Source: Bacteroidales bacterium
Lineage (GTDB): Bacteria > Bacteroidota > Bacteroidia > Bacteroidales > UBA932
Assembly: GCA_017428725.1 (NCBI GenBank)
Contig: JAFRQH010000025.1
Span: 30,869-94,868, forward strand
DNA length: 64,000 bases
Direction: 5' to 3'
Positions within the stretch are counted from its first letter, which is position 1. Each line of letters begins with the position of its first letter. Below, one piece after another: positions 11,697 to 20,281 of the stretch. Under the pieces are notes generated by a model, which saw only the letters and a program-made list of their open reading frames with translations, searched no databases and was not told the DNA's origin. The position numbers and the translations under genes were made by a program.

Positions 11697-12722
11697 ATGA
11701 AGAGGAATAAACTTGTCATAGACAAACCCTTCGAGTTTGAGGCGGGTGGTCGGCTCGACCACCTGGAGCTCGTCTACTACACTTCGGACCGGGCTTACCG
11801 GCCGGGGGAGACCGTGGTGTGGATCTGCCACGCCCTGACGGGCAATGCCAATCCCGAGGACTGGTGGCCGCAACTGGTGGGGCAGGGCAAGTTCTTCGCT
11901 CCCGACAAGTATTTCATCGTATGCGCCGCGATGCTCTGCTCGCCCTACGGGGAGACGGGCCCGGCGTCGGTCGACCCGGCCACGGGCCGGCCGTATTTCT
12001 TCCGTTTCCCGCGCACGACGGTGCGTGACATCGTCGCCGCGGAGATCCTGGTGCGCAAGCACCTCGGGATCGAGCGCATCGACATGATGCTGGGGCCGTC
12101 CATCGGCGGTTTCCAGGCCCTGGAGTGGGTGATCATGGAGCCGGAGGTGGTCCGGGACGTGGTGTTCCTGGCCACGGCCACGCGCGTCAATCCCTTCATG
12201 ACCGCGTTCAACGAGTCGCAGCGCATGGCCCTCGAGGCCGATCCCACCTTCCGTGAAGCGAAGGATCTCAAGGGCGGCAGCGTCGGACTCGCCTGCGCGC
12301 GCTCCATCGCCCTGATCTCATACCGAACCTACGAAGGCTACAACCTCACGCAGGCCGAGCCGGACGTGGACACGCTGTTCGCCGACCGCGCGGCGTCCTA
12401 CCAGCGCTATCAGGGGCTGAAGCTGCTCCGGCGCGACTTCGACGCCTACAGCTACTGGTACCTGACCCACGCGCTGGACAGCATGAACGTGGGCCGCGGC
12501 CGGGGCGGGGTGGAGGCGGCGCTCGCGCGCATCCAGGCCGACTGCATGATGATCAGCATCGACAGCGACGTGCTCTTCCCGCCCAGCCACGGCCGGGCCA
12601 CGGTGGCCGCGCTGAAGCACGCCCAGTACCGGGAGATCAACTCCGCCTTCGGCCACGACGGCTTCCTGATCGAGAACGACCAGCTGACCGACATCCTGCG
12701 CCCGCTGCTCCAGAAGTATTAA
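11697..12722 (+). CDS. metX: Homoserine O-acetyltransferase (alpha/beta hydrolase fold)
   Basis: WICHALTG, GPSIGG nucleophile Ser motif, IDSDVLFPP, FGHDGFLIE. Confidence 0.9.
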   Translation: MKRNKLVIDKPFEFEAGGRLDHLELVYYTSDRAYRPGETVVWICHALTGNANPEDWWPQLVGQGKFFAPDKYFIVCAAMLCSPYGETGPASVDPATGRPYFFRFPRTTVRDIVAAEILVRKHLGIERIDMMLGPSIGGFQALEWVIMEPEVVRDVVFLATATRVNPFMTAFNESQRMALEADPTFREAKDLKGGSVGLACARSIALISYRTYEGYNLTQAEPDVDTLFADRAASYQRYQGLKLLRRDFDAYSYWYLTHALDSMNVGRGRGGVEAALARIQADCMMISIDSDVLFPPSHGRATVAALKHAQYREINSAFGHDGFLIENDQLTDILRPLLQKY

Positions 12723-12752
12723 CCGTTAGTTTAGACAGTTTATTGTAAGTAT

Positions 12753-14066
12753 ATGAAAGTGATGAAATTCGGCGGAACTTCCGTAGGCTCCGCCCAGCGC
12801 ATCAAGAACGTCGCGGGACTCATCTGTCGCGGTGGCCGCAACATCGTGGTCCTGTCGGCGATGTCCGGGACGACGAACACCCTGGTGGAGATTTCGGAGT
12901 ATCTCTTCAACCGCAATGCCGACGGCGCACGCGAGACCATCGACCGGCTGGCCGCGAAATACCGCGGTGTCATCGAGGAGCTATATGCCACGGCGGAGGC
13001 GCGCGACAAGGCGCAGCAGTATGCCGACGGCGTGATCGCCTACATCAAGACCTTCACCAAGAAACTCTTCACCCAGGTGGAGTCCAAGATCATCATCGGC
13101 CAGGGCGAGCTGCTCTCCACGACCCTGATGACCCTCTACCTCCACGAGAAAGGCGTTGCCGCCGAATTGCTCCCCGCGCTCGAGTTCATGAAGATCGACG
13201 CGCACGGAGAGCCGGACATCGACTATATCCGCGAGAAACTCCAGGCCCAGCTGGACAAGCACCCCAAAGCGCCGCTCTACATCACCCAGGGCTTCATCTG
13301 CCGCAATACGCACGACGAGATCGACAACCTGCAGCGCGGCGGCTCCGACTACACCGCCTCGCTGATCGGGGCCGTGCTCGGCGCCGAGGAGATCCAGATC
13401 TGGACCGACATCGACGGGATGCACAACAATGACCCGCGCATCGTGGACCACACGGCCGCCGTGCGTCACCTCCATTTCGAGGAGGCGGCCGAGCTGGGCT
13501 ATTTCGGGGCCAAGATCCTGCACCCGACCTGCATCCAGCCGGCCAAGTTCGCCGGCGTGCCAGTGCTGCTGCTCAATACGATGGATCCCGACGCTCCCGG
13601 CACCCTGATCGACAATGTGCCCGAGAACGGCACCATCAAGGCCATCGCCGCCAAGGACAACATCACCGCCATCCGCATCAAGTCCTCCCGGATGCTGCTC
13701 GCGCACGGTTTCCTGCGTAAGGTGTTCGAGATCTTCGAGAGCTACCAGACTTCGATCGACATGATCTGCACCTCCGAGGTGGGCGTGTCGATGTCCATCG
13801 ACAATACGCGCTACCTGGGCGAGATCGTCCACGACCTCAAGAAATACGGCACGGTGGGCGTGGACCTGGATATGTGCATCATCTGCGTGGTGGGCGACAT
13901 GGACTGGGAGAACGTGGGGTTCGAATCCCGCGCCATGGAGGCGATGAAGGACATCCCCGTGCGGATGATCTCCTATGGCGGCAGCAACTACAACATCTCC
14001 TTCCTCGTGAAGGGGGAGGACAAGGCCCGCGCCCTGCGTTCCTTGAGCAAATGCCTGTTTGAGTAA
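12753..14066 (+). CDS. lysC: Aspartate kinase (monofunctional, ACT domains)
   Basis: MKVMKFGGTSVG, RGGSDYTA, WTDIDG, FGAKILHP. Confidence 0.95.
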   Translation: MKVMKFGGTSVGSAQRIKNVAGLICRGGRNIVVLSAMSGTTNTLVEISEYLFNRNADGARETIDRLAAKYRGVIEELYATAEARDKAQQYADGVIAYIKTFTKKLFTQVESKIIIGQGELLSTTLMTLYLHEKGVAAELLPALEFMKIDAHGEPDIDYIREKLQAQLDKHPKAPLYITQGFICRNTHDEIDNLQRGGSDYTASLIGAVLGAEEIQIWTDIDGMHNNDPRIVDHTAAVRHLHFEEAAELGYFGAKILHPTCIQPAKFAGVPVLLLNTMDPDAPGTLIDNVPENGTIKAIAAKDNITAIRIKSSRMLLAHGFLRKVFEIFESYQTSIDMICTSEVGVSMSIDNTRYLGEIVHDLKKYGTVGVDLDMCIICVVGDMDWENVGFESRAMEAMKDIPVRMISYGGSNYNISFLVKGEDKARALRSLSKCLFE

Positions 14067-15223
14067 TGCTGAAGGGTGACTTCCCGATAGAGAGCTTCCG
14101 GGGCCTGCGGACGCCGTTCTACTACTACGACCTGCCGCTTCTGCGTCGTACGCTGGACGCCGTGCAGGCGCAGCTGGACCGCAATCCGACCTTCCGGATG
14201 CACTATGCCGTCAAGGCGAACTTCAACCCGCGCATCCTCGCGGAGATCGCCTCGCGCGGATTCGGCGCCGACTGTGTGAGCGGTGGGGAGGTCCGCGCTG
14301 CCCTGGAGGCCGGTTTCCCGCCGGAGGGCATCGTCTATGCCGGCGTGGGCAAGAGCGACGAGGAGATCCGCCTGGCGCTGGGCGCCGGGATCGCGCGTTT
14401 CAACGCCGAGTCCGCGGCCGAGCTGGAGGTCCTCGACGAACTGGCCGCCCGGATGGGGAAGGTGGCGCCGGTGAGCCTGCGCATCAACCCCGACATCGGG
14501 GCCCACACGCACGCCGGGATCACGACCGGCCTGGCGGAGAACAAGTTTGGCATCAATTACGAGCAGCTCGACGAGGTGATGGACCTGGCCCTGCGCCTGC
14601 CACACGTGCAGTATTGCGGGCTTCATTTCCACATTGGCTCCCAAATCCTGGATATGATGGATTTCCGGGCGCTGTGCAACCGCATCAACGAGCTGGTGCT
14701 GCGCCTGCAGCGTGGCGGCCGCCCGGTCGGCGACATCAACGTGGGCGGCGGCCTGGGGATCAATTACCAGCATCCCAACCACCTGCCGATCGCGGATTTC
14801 GAGGCGTATTTCGGCACTTTCGGCAGGCACCTGCAGCTCCCTGCCGGCACGACCGTGCACTTCGAGCTGGGCCGCAGCATCGTGGCCCCCTGCGGGTCGC
14901 TGATCGCCCGCGTGCTGTACGTCAAGCAGGGCACGCGCAAGCAGTTCGCCATCATCGACGGGAGCATGACCGAACTGGTCCGTCCGGCGATGTACCGGGC
15001 CTATCACCGCGTGGAGAACCTCAGTTCCGATGAGCCGGAGGAGGTCTATGACGTCGTGGGGCCGGTGTGCGAGAGCTCGGACGTCTTCGTCAAGGAGATG
15101 GCCATCGACCGGTGCCGCCGGGGCGATTTCGTGGCCATCCGTTCGGCCGGCGCATACGGCGAGTCGATGGCTTCGCACTACAACTGCCACCCCCTCCCGG
15201 AGAGTTTCTTTTTCGAAGGCTGA
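14066..15223 (+). CDS. lysA: Diaminopimelate decarboxylase
   Basis: HYAVKAN (PLP Lys), ENKFGI, HFHIGSQ, GGGLG, GPVCESSD, GAYG. Confidence 0.96.
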   Translation: MLKGDFPIESFRGLRTPFYYYDLPLLRRTLDAVQAQLDRNPTFRMHYAVKANFNPRILAEIASRGFGADCVSGGEVRAALEAGFPPEGIVYAGVGKSDEEIRLALGAGIARFNAESAAELEVLDELAARMGKVAPVSLRINPDIGAHTHAGITTGLAENKFGINYEQLDEVMDLALRLPHVQYCGLHFHIGSQILDMMDFRALCNRINELVLRLQRGGRPVGDINVGGGLGINYQHPNHLPIADFEAYFGTFGRHLQLPAGTTVHFELGRSIVAPCGSLIARVLYVKQGTRKQFAIIDGSMTELVRPAMYRAYHRVENLSSDEPEEVYDVVGPVCESSDVFVKEMAIDRCRRGDFVAIRSAGAYGESMASHYNCHPLPESFFFEG

Positions 15224-15296
15224 TCCCGGGGAAAAATTTTTTCGTCCTGACATGCACAAATGCCGGACAATTTGTGGTTTTGGATTGTTTTTTTGT

Positions 15297-15304
15297 TATT
15301 TTTG
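15297..15304 (+). promoter_or_regulatory. Bacteroidota sigma-A -7 element (TATTTTTG) for the lipoprotein gene
   Basis: Exact TAnnTTTG match 39 nt upstream of ATG 15344 in an AT-rich intergenic region. Confidence 0.6.
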
Positions 15305-15343
15305 TGAGACACTGAAAATTCAAACCATTTAATATTTAATCGT

Positions 15344-15823
15344 ATGAAGATTTTCAAGTACATCATCGCGGCAGCGGCCTCCATCGCCCTGCTGTCCTCC
15401 TGCTCTGTTCTCAAGAGCGTGGCTACCAATGCTATGAAGGCCGGCTCCAACACCGGTTCCGCCATCAGCGCTCTCGCTGACGAACTGAAGGTGTTCAAGA
15501 ACATCGACCTGGGCAGCATCACCAACGTGATCAACCTGGGCCAGGTCCTCACGGGTGCCAAGAGTGTCGCCGGTGCCAGCAAGTCCTTCGTGGACAACTT
15601 CACCAGCGGTCTGATCAGCGGCGCTGCCGGCAAGATCAACAACTCCAACGCCGCCAACGTGGTCAACGGCCTGACGGCCCTCACCAAGATGGACACCAAG
15701 GCGCTGAAGAGCGCTGCGCTCAAGGCTGCGATGACCGGTGTGGTCAACAAGGTCAGCACCAACGACCCCGGTGTCTCCGACACGATGAACCAGATCAGCA
15801 GCATCCTGGGCATGCTCAAGTAG
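15344..15823 (+). CDS. Hypothetical lipoprotein (Ala/Gly/Asn/Ser-rich, probably helical)
   Basis: Signal II lipobox LLSSC; strong codon bias; own promoter and terminator. Confidence 0.8.
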   Translation: MKIFKYIIAAAASIALLSSCSVLKSVATNAMKAGSNTGSAISALADELKVFKNIDLGSITNVINLGQVLTGAKSVAGASKSFVDNFTSGLISGAAGKINNSNAANVVNGLTALTKMDTKALKSAALKAAMTGVVNKVSTNDPGVSDTMNQISSILGMLK

Positions 15824-15844
15824 TCGCTGACTGAATATCAATTC

Positions 15845-15890
15845 GTTACGAAAAGACCTTCGGAGAGATCTCCGAAGGTCTTTTCGTAAC
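15845..15890. terminator. Bidirectional intrinsic terminator
   Basis: Perfect 22-bp inverted repeat GTTACGAAAAGACCTTCGGAGA-ga-TCTCCGAAGGTCTTTTCGTAAC with A4/T4 tracts, between convergent genes. Confidence 0.9.
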
Positions 15891-15912
15891 TTGCTCATTG
15901 TCAGCGCCCGGT

Positions 15913-16842
15913 TCAGAGGGTCAGCCGGCGGCCGCCCCGGACCATCGGGTCGAGCAGGACGGCGGGGATGATGGAGCGGATGGCGTCCACGACAACGTTG
16001 AGCAGGGCTTCGTGGATGAAGTCCTTGCGGACCGCCAGTACGATGGTGCGCTGCGGTTCGGTCCCTTCGATGGGGCGCAGATGCTTCTGCAACCCGTCCT
16101 GGAGCAGGGAGAGGTGGGTCTGCGGGATGATGGTGATCCCGCCGATCTCGTTGACGATTTGGATCAGGATGCCCACGCGTCCGCCCTCGAAATAGCGTTC
16201 GTAGGAGAAATCCTCGCCCGGTGCGAGCTGGCTCCGGTCGAAGAGCCTCAGGCCGTTCTTCATGATCCAGATGGGCTGGTCCAGCAGGGCGTCCGCCTGG
16301 AAACTTTCCCGGGTGTACAAAGGATCCCGCTCCGAGATATAGGCGTAGAAACGCTCGTGATAGAGCGGGATCTCCAGCAGGTCCGGCTCGCCGACCGGCT
16401 GTGAGAGGATGCCGAGGTCCACGTCGGCCTTGCGGAGCCGGTCTATGATGGTGTCGGTGAGCATCTCTTCCGTCCGCAGGGAGATGGAGGGGTAGTGCCG
16501 GCTGACGAAGGAGAAGATGCCCGGCACAAGGACCGGCGCCACGGTGGAGATCAGTCCGATGTGCAGCGGTCCCGAGAGGATCTGCTTCTCGCTGCGGGTC
16601 ATCTCCGGGATCTGGGCGGCGTTGAAGAGCACGACACGCGCCTGGTCGATGACCTTGCGGCCGATGCTGGTGGGTGCGACCGGGTGTGCATCCCGGTCGA
16701 AGATCCGCACGTCCAGTTCTTCTTCGAGCTTGCGGACCAGCAGGCTCAGCGTGGACTGCGTGAGGCCGCAGGCCTCGGCCGCCCGGCCGAAATGCCTGTG
16801 GTCGTCGATGGCGACGATGTATTTGAGCTGTTGCAGGGTCAT
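15913..16842 (-). CDS. LysR-family regulator, OxyR-like but lacking the redox cysteines
   Basis: MTLQQLKYIVAIDDHRHFGRAAEAC..TQSTLS..RKLEEELDVRIFDR LysR HTH; TATATTTG -7 element at 16863-16870 on the minus strand. Confidence 0.9.
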   Translation of the reverse strand: MTLQQLKYIVAIDDHRHFGRAAEACGLTQSTLSLLVRKLEEELDVRIFDRDAHPVAPTSIGRKVIDQARVVLFNAAQIPEMTRSEKQILSGPLHIGLISTVAPVLVPGIFSFVSRHYPSISLRTEEMLTDTIIDRLRKADVDLGILSQPVGEPDLLEIPLYHERFYAYISERDPLYTRESFQADALLDQPIWIMKNGLRLFDRSQLAPGEDFSYERYFEGGRVGILIQIVNEIGGITIIPQTHLSLLQDGLQKHLRPIEGTEPQRTIVLAVRKDFIHEALLNVVVDAIRSIIPAVLLDPMVRGGRRLTL

Positions 16843-16937
16843 TTTGATTGATTTTATCAATGCAAATATAAAAAATATTGTATTGATAAATGATATGGGC
16901 GGCGATATCTTTGTTCCGTTTTTCCATCTTGCTGAAT

Positions 16938-18392
16938 ATGAATGCCAAGATCGTCGTCTATTATATCGGGGTTTCGCTGCTGTTGGTAGCGGCCTTGATG
17001 GGCGTTTCGGCCGTCATCGCCTGGTGTACGCCCGGCGATCCGAGCCGCCTGCCGTTGCTGTTTTCGGCTTTCGTGACACTGGTGACCGGCGGGTTCCCGC
17101 TGCTGTTTGTGCGGCGCGGGTCCGGACGGCTCCGTTTCCGGGAGGGCAACAGCGTGGTGGTCTTCTCCTGGCTGGCCGTCTGCGTGTTCGGGATGCTTCC
17201 GTACCTGCTGTACGGACAGGAATTCAACCTGCTGGATGCGCTCTTCGAGAGTGTGTCGGGATTCACGACCACGGGCGCCTCGATCTTGGATGACGTGGAG
17301 GCGCTCCCGCGGGGGCTGCAGTTCTGGCGGATCTCGACAGCCTGGGTCGGGGGCGTGGGGATCGTGACGCTCTTCTCGATGCTTATCACGCGCGTGGGCG
17401 ACCGCTCCGCCCTCTCCGGTGCGGAGATCTCCGACGTGGCCCGCTCGCCTTTCACGGGGGAGCGGATCTCGCTCTTCGCCAACCGCCTGCTCGTCGTCTA
17501 CGTGTCCCTGACCGTGCTGACGCTGCTGGCTTTGAAGGCCGTAGGCCTGGGTTGGTTCGATGCGGCGGCGCACGCGATGTCCGCGTGCAGCACCTGCGGA
17601 TTCAGCACGCGTAACGCTAGCATCGCCTCCTTCGAGAATCCGGCGGCCGAGATCGTGCTGACCGTGGCAATGCTCTGTTCCGCCATCAATTTCGGCCTCA
17701 TCTTCATGTCCTTCGTGCGGGGGAGCAGGCAGCGGGTGTGGCGCTCCGAGACCGTGCGGGTCTTCCTCGCTCTCGTGGCGCTGTTCATCGTGGCGATCAC
17801 GGTGGACCTGCTCATCAGTTTGGACTATGACTCGCCGTGGCTGGCCCTGCGGGACGCTTCTTTCCAAGTGGCGTCGCTGTCCACGACCACCGGCTTCGCC
17901 ACGCGCGACACCGTCCTCTGGCCGCCGCTCAGCATGGCCCTGCTGTGGCTCTGCTCGTGGGTATGCGGCTGCTCCGGGTCCACCTCCGGCGGCATCAAGA
18001 TCGACCGCCTGCTGCTGGGGATGAAAGGGATCCGCGCACGGATCCGGAACGCCGTTGATCCCGGCCTGATGCGCAGCGTCCGGGTGGACGGCATCGTGCG
18101 CACCCCGGAACAGGTGGGGGACGCGTGCGTGTATATCTTCTGCTATCTGCTCATCGCGGCGCTGTTCACGGTGATCAACGTGGCCGGCGGGCTGGACTTC
18201 ATTACGGGCCTGACGGCCTCCGTGGCGTGCATCGGCAACGTAGGACCGGGTTTCGGCGACGTGGGATCGATGGCCAATTATGCCGACATCCCGGAACTGC
18301 TGAAGGTCTCGGGAATCGTCGAGATGCTGCTGGGACGCCTGGAGATCTTCCCCGTCCTCTACATCATCGGGGCGCGTTTCCTGGCCAAGTAG
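16938..18392 (+). CDS. trkH: TrkH-family potassium uptake membrane protein
   Basis: Four filter motifs SGFTTTG, STCGFS, STTTGF, GNVGPG; GSTSGGIK; -7 element TATCTTTG at 16906-16913. Confidence 0.92.
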   Translation: MNAKIVVYYIGVSLLLVAALMGVSAVIAWCTPGDPSRLPLLFSAFVTLVTGGFPLLFVRRGSGRLRFREGNSVVVFSWLAVCVFGMLPYLLYGQEFNLLDALFESVSGFTTTGASILDDVEALPRGLQFWRISTAWVGGVGIVTLFSMLITRVGDRSALSGAEISDVARSPFTGERISLFANRLLVVYVSLTVLTLLALKAVGLGWFDAAAHAMSACSTCGFSTRNASIASFENPAAEIVLTVAMLCSAINFGLIFMSFVRGSRQRVWRSETVRVFLALVALFIVAITVDLLISLDYDSPWLALRDASFQVASLSTTTGFATRDTVLWPPLSMALLWLCSWVCGCSGSTSGGIKIDRLLLGMKGIRARIRNAVDPGLMRSVRVDGIVRTPEQVGDACVYIFCYLLIAALFTVINVAGGLDFITGLTASVACIGNVGPGFGDVGSMANYADIPELLKVSGIVEMLLGRLEIFPVLYIIGARFLAK

Positions 18393-18797
18393 CTAGCCCT
18401 CGAGGCTCTCTACGATGGCGGCGTAGAGCTGCGGGAAACGATCCTTGAGGACGACCGGGCGGCCGCCGTCCAGGAAGCAGTGCGTGCTGCTGGCCGTGCA
18501 GGCGAGCCTGCCGCCGACCCGCATCGTGTAGTGGAAACTGATCTTGAGTTCGCTCATCTCCCCGACCTTGACTTCGATCTCGAGGAGGTCCTTGAAGGTG
18601 GTGGGGTGCTTGTAGTTGCAGCTGATGGCGACGACCGGGGAGACGACCCCCTCGGCTTCCATCCGCTCGAAGCCGTAGCCGAGCTGGTCCATCCAGTCGA
18701 TACGCGCCTCTTCCATGAAGCGGATGTAGTTGGAGTGATGGGTCACGCCCATCCGGTCGCACTCGTAGTATTTGATTTCGTGCAGGTAGGGTCTCAT
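18393..18797 (-). CDS. Acyl-CoA thioesterase (4HBT/YbgC hotdog fold)
   Basis: YYECDRMGVTHHSNYIRFMEEAR motif. Confidence 0.9.
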   Translation of the reverse strand: MRPYLHEIKYYECDRMGVTHHSNYIRFMEEARIDWMDQLGYGFERMEAEGVVSPVVAISCNYKHPTTFKDLLEIEVKVGEMSELKISFHYTMRVGGRLACTASSTHCFLDGGRPVVLKDRFPQLYAAIVESLEG

Positions 18798-20278
18798 TGT
18801 TGCAGGGGCTTTTCTTCCTCCCAGGAAGAGGAATCGATCCCGAAATCGGCGGGGCGGAAGACGGGATCCGCTTCGCCGGCCTTCTGCCGGCGCTCATAGT
18901 CGCGCAGCGCTGCCACGCCCTTGGGGCAGAGGAACAGCAGGACCACGACGTTGATCCAGGCCATCACGCCTACGCCGATGTCGCCGAGTTTCCAAATGGT
19001 GTCGGCTTCCTTCAGGGCGCCGAACACCGTGGCTCCGAGCAGCAGGATGCGGAAGACCCAGATGGTGAGGGTCTCGCCGCGCTTGGTGGCGTGCTTGCTG
19101 CGGTAGAACAGGTAGACGATGCTGGATTCGACATAGAAATAGTAGGCCATGATGGTCGTGAAGACGAAGAAGACCAGCACCACGCTGACGAACTGGCTGC
19201 CGACGCCGTGCAGGACGGTGTCGACGGCGGCCTGGGTGTAGCCCACGTAATTGCTGCCGAGTTCCGGGGCGCCAGCCACGAGCATCTCGCCGCTCTGCGC
19301 GTCAAAGATGTTGTAGGTGCCCGAGCAGAGGATCATCAGGGCCGTGGCCGTACAGACCAGCAGGGTGTCCACGTAGACGGAGAAAGCCTGCGCCAAGCCC
19401 TGGCGGGCCGGGTGCGGGACGTCGGCGGACGCCGAGGCGATGGCCCCGCCGCCCTGGCCGGCTTCGTTGGAGTAGATGCCGCGCTTGACGCCCATCATGA
19501 TGGTGGAGCCGAGGATGCCGCCCGCGACGGGCTGGATCCCGAAGGCGTTGGTGACGATGCTTGCCAGCACGGCCGGGACCTGGTCGATGTGCAGGGCGAT
19601 GATCACCAGGGAGAGGAGGATATAGGCGAGGGCCATGAACGGGGTCACCAGGGAGGCCACGCGGGCGATGCCGCGCACGCCGCCGATGATCACGAGACCG
19701 AGCAGGAAGGCGAGTCCGAGTCCGGAGACGAGAGGCGGGATGTTGAAGGCGTTGCCCAGCGCGGACGATACGCCGTTGGCCTGCACGGTGGGCAGGAGGG
19801 TACAGTTGGCCACGACGGTCACGACGGCGAACAGGATGCCGAGCCACTTGAGGTTCAGTCCGTGCTCGATGTAGCTGTAAGGGCCGCCGCGGTAGGTGTT
19901 GCGGTGATGGAACTTGTACATCTGGGCCAGGGTGGACTCCATAAAGGCTGTGGAGGCGCCGAAAAAGGCGATGATCCACATCCAAAATATGGCGCCGGGC
20001 CCGCCGAAGGCCAGGGCCGTGGCCACGCCCACGATGTTGCCCGTGCCCACGCGTCCGGAGAGGGCCACGCAGAAGGCCTCGAACGAGGAGATGCCCTTCT
20101 TGGTGCCGTCAGGATTCTTCTCCCTCTTGGCGAACAGCGAGCGGACCATCTCCTTTAGACGGCGCACCTGGACGAAGCGGGTGCGGAACGTGAAATACAG
20201 GCCGGCACCCACCAGGAGCACGACCAGGACCGGACTCCAGATGATGTCGTTGACGAGGGAGACGATGCGCTCGAACAT
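18794..20278 (-). CDS. Alanine/glycine:cation symporter (AGCS) family amino-acid transporter
   Basis: LSGRVGTGNIVGVA, GGPGAIFWMW, RGIYSNEAGQG, VYVDTLLVCT motifs. Confidence 0.93.
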   Translation of the reverse strand: MFERIVSLVNDIIWSPVLVVLLVGAGLYFTFRTRFVQVRRLKEMVRSLFAKREKNPDGTKKGISSFEAFCVALSGRVGTGNIVGVATALAFGGPGAIFWMWIIAFFGASTAFMESTLAQMYKFHHRNTYRGGPYSYIEHGLNLKWLGILFAVVTVVANCTLLPTVQANGVSSALGNAFNIPPLVSGLGLAFLLGLVIIGGVRGIARVASLVTPFMALAYILLSLVIIALHIDQVPAVLASIVTNAFGIQPVAGGILGSTIMMGVKRGIYSNEAGQGGGAIASASADVPHPARQGLAQAFSVYVDTLLVCTATALMILCSGTYNIFDAQSGEMLVAGAPELGSNYVGYTQAAVDTVLHGVGSQFVSVVLVFFVFTTIMAYYFYVESSIVYLFYRSKHATKRGETLTIWVFRILLLGATVFGALKEADTIWKLGDIGVGVMAWINVVVLLFLCPKGVAALRDYERRQKAGEADPVFRPADFGIDSSSWEEEKPLQQ

Positions 20279-20281
20279 AAG

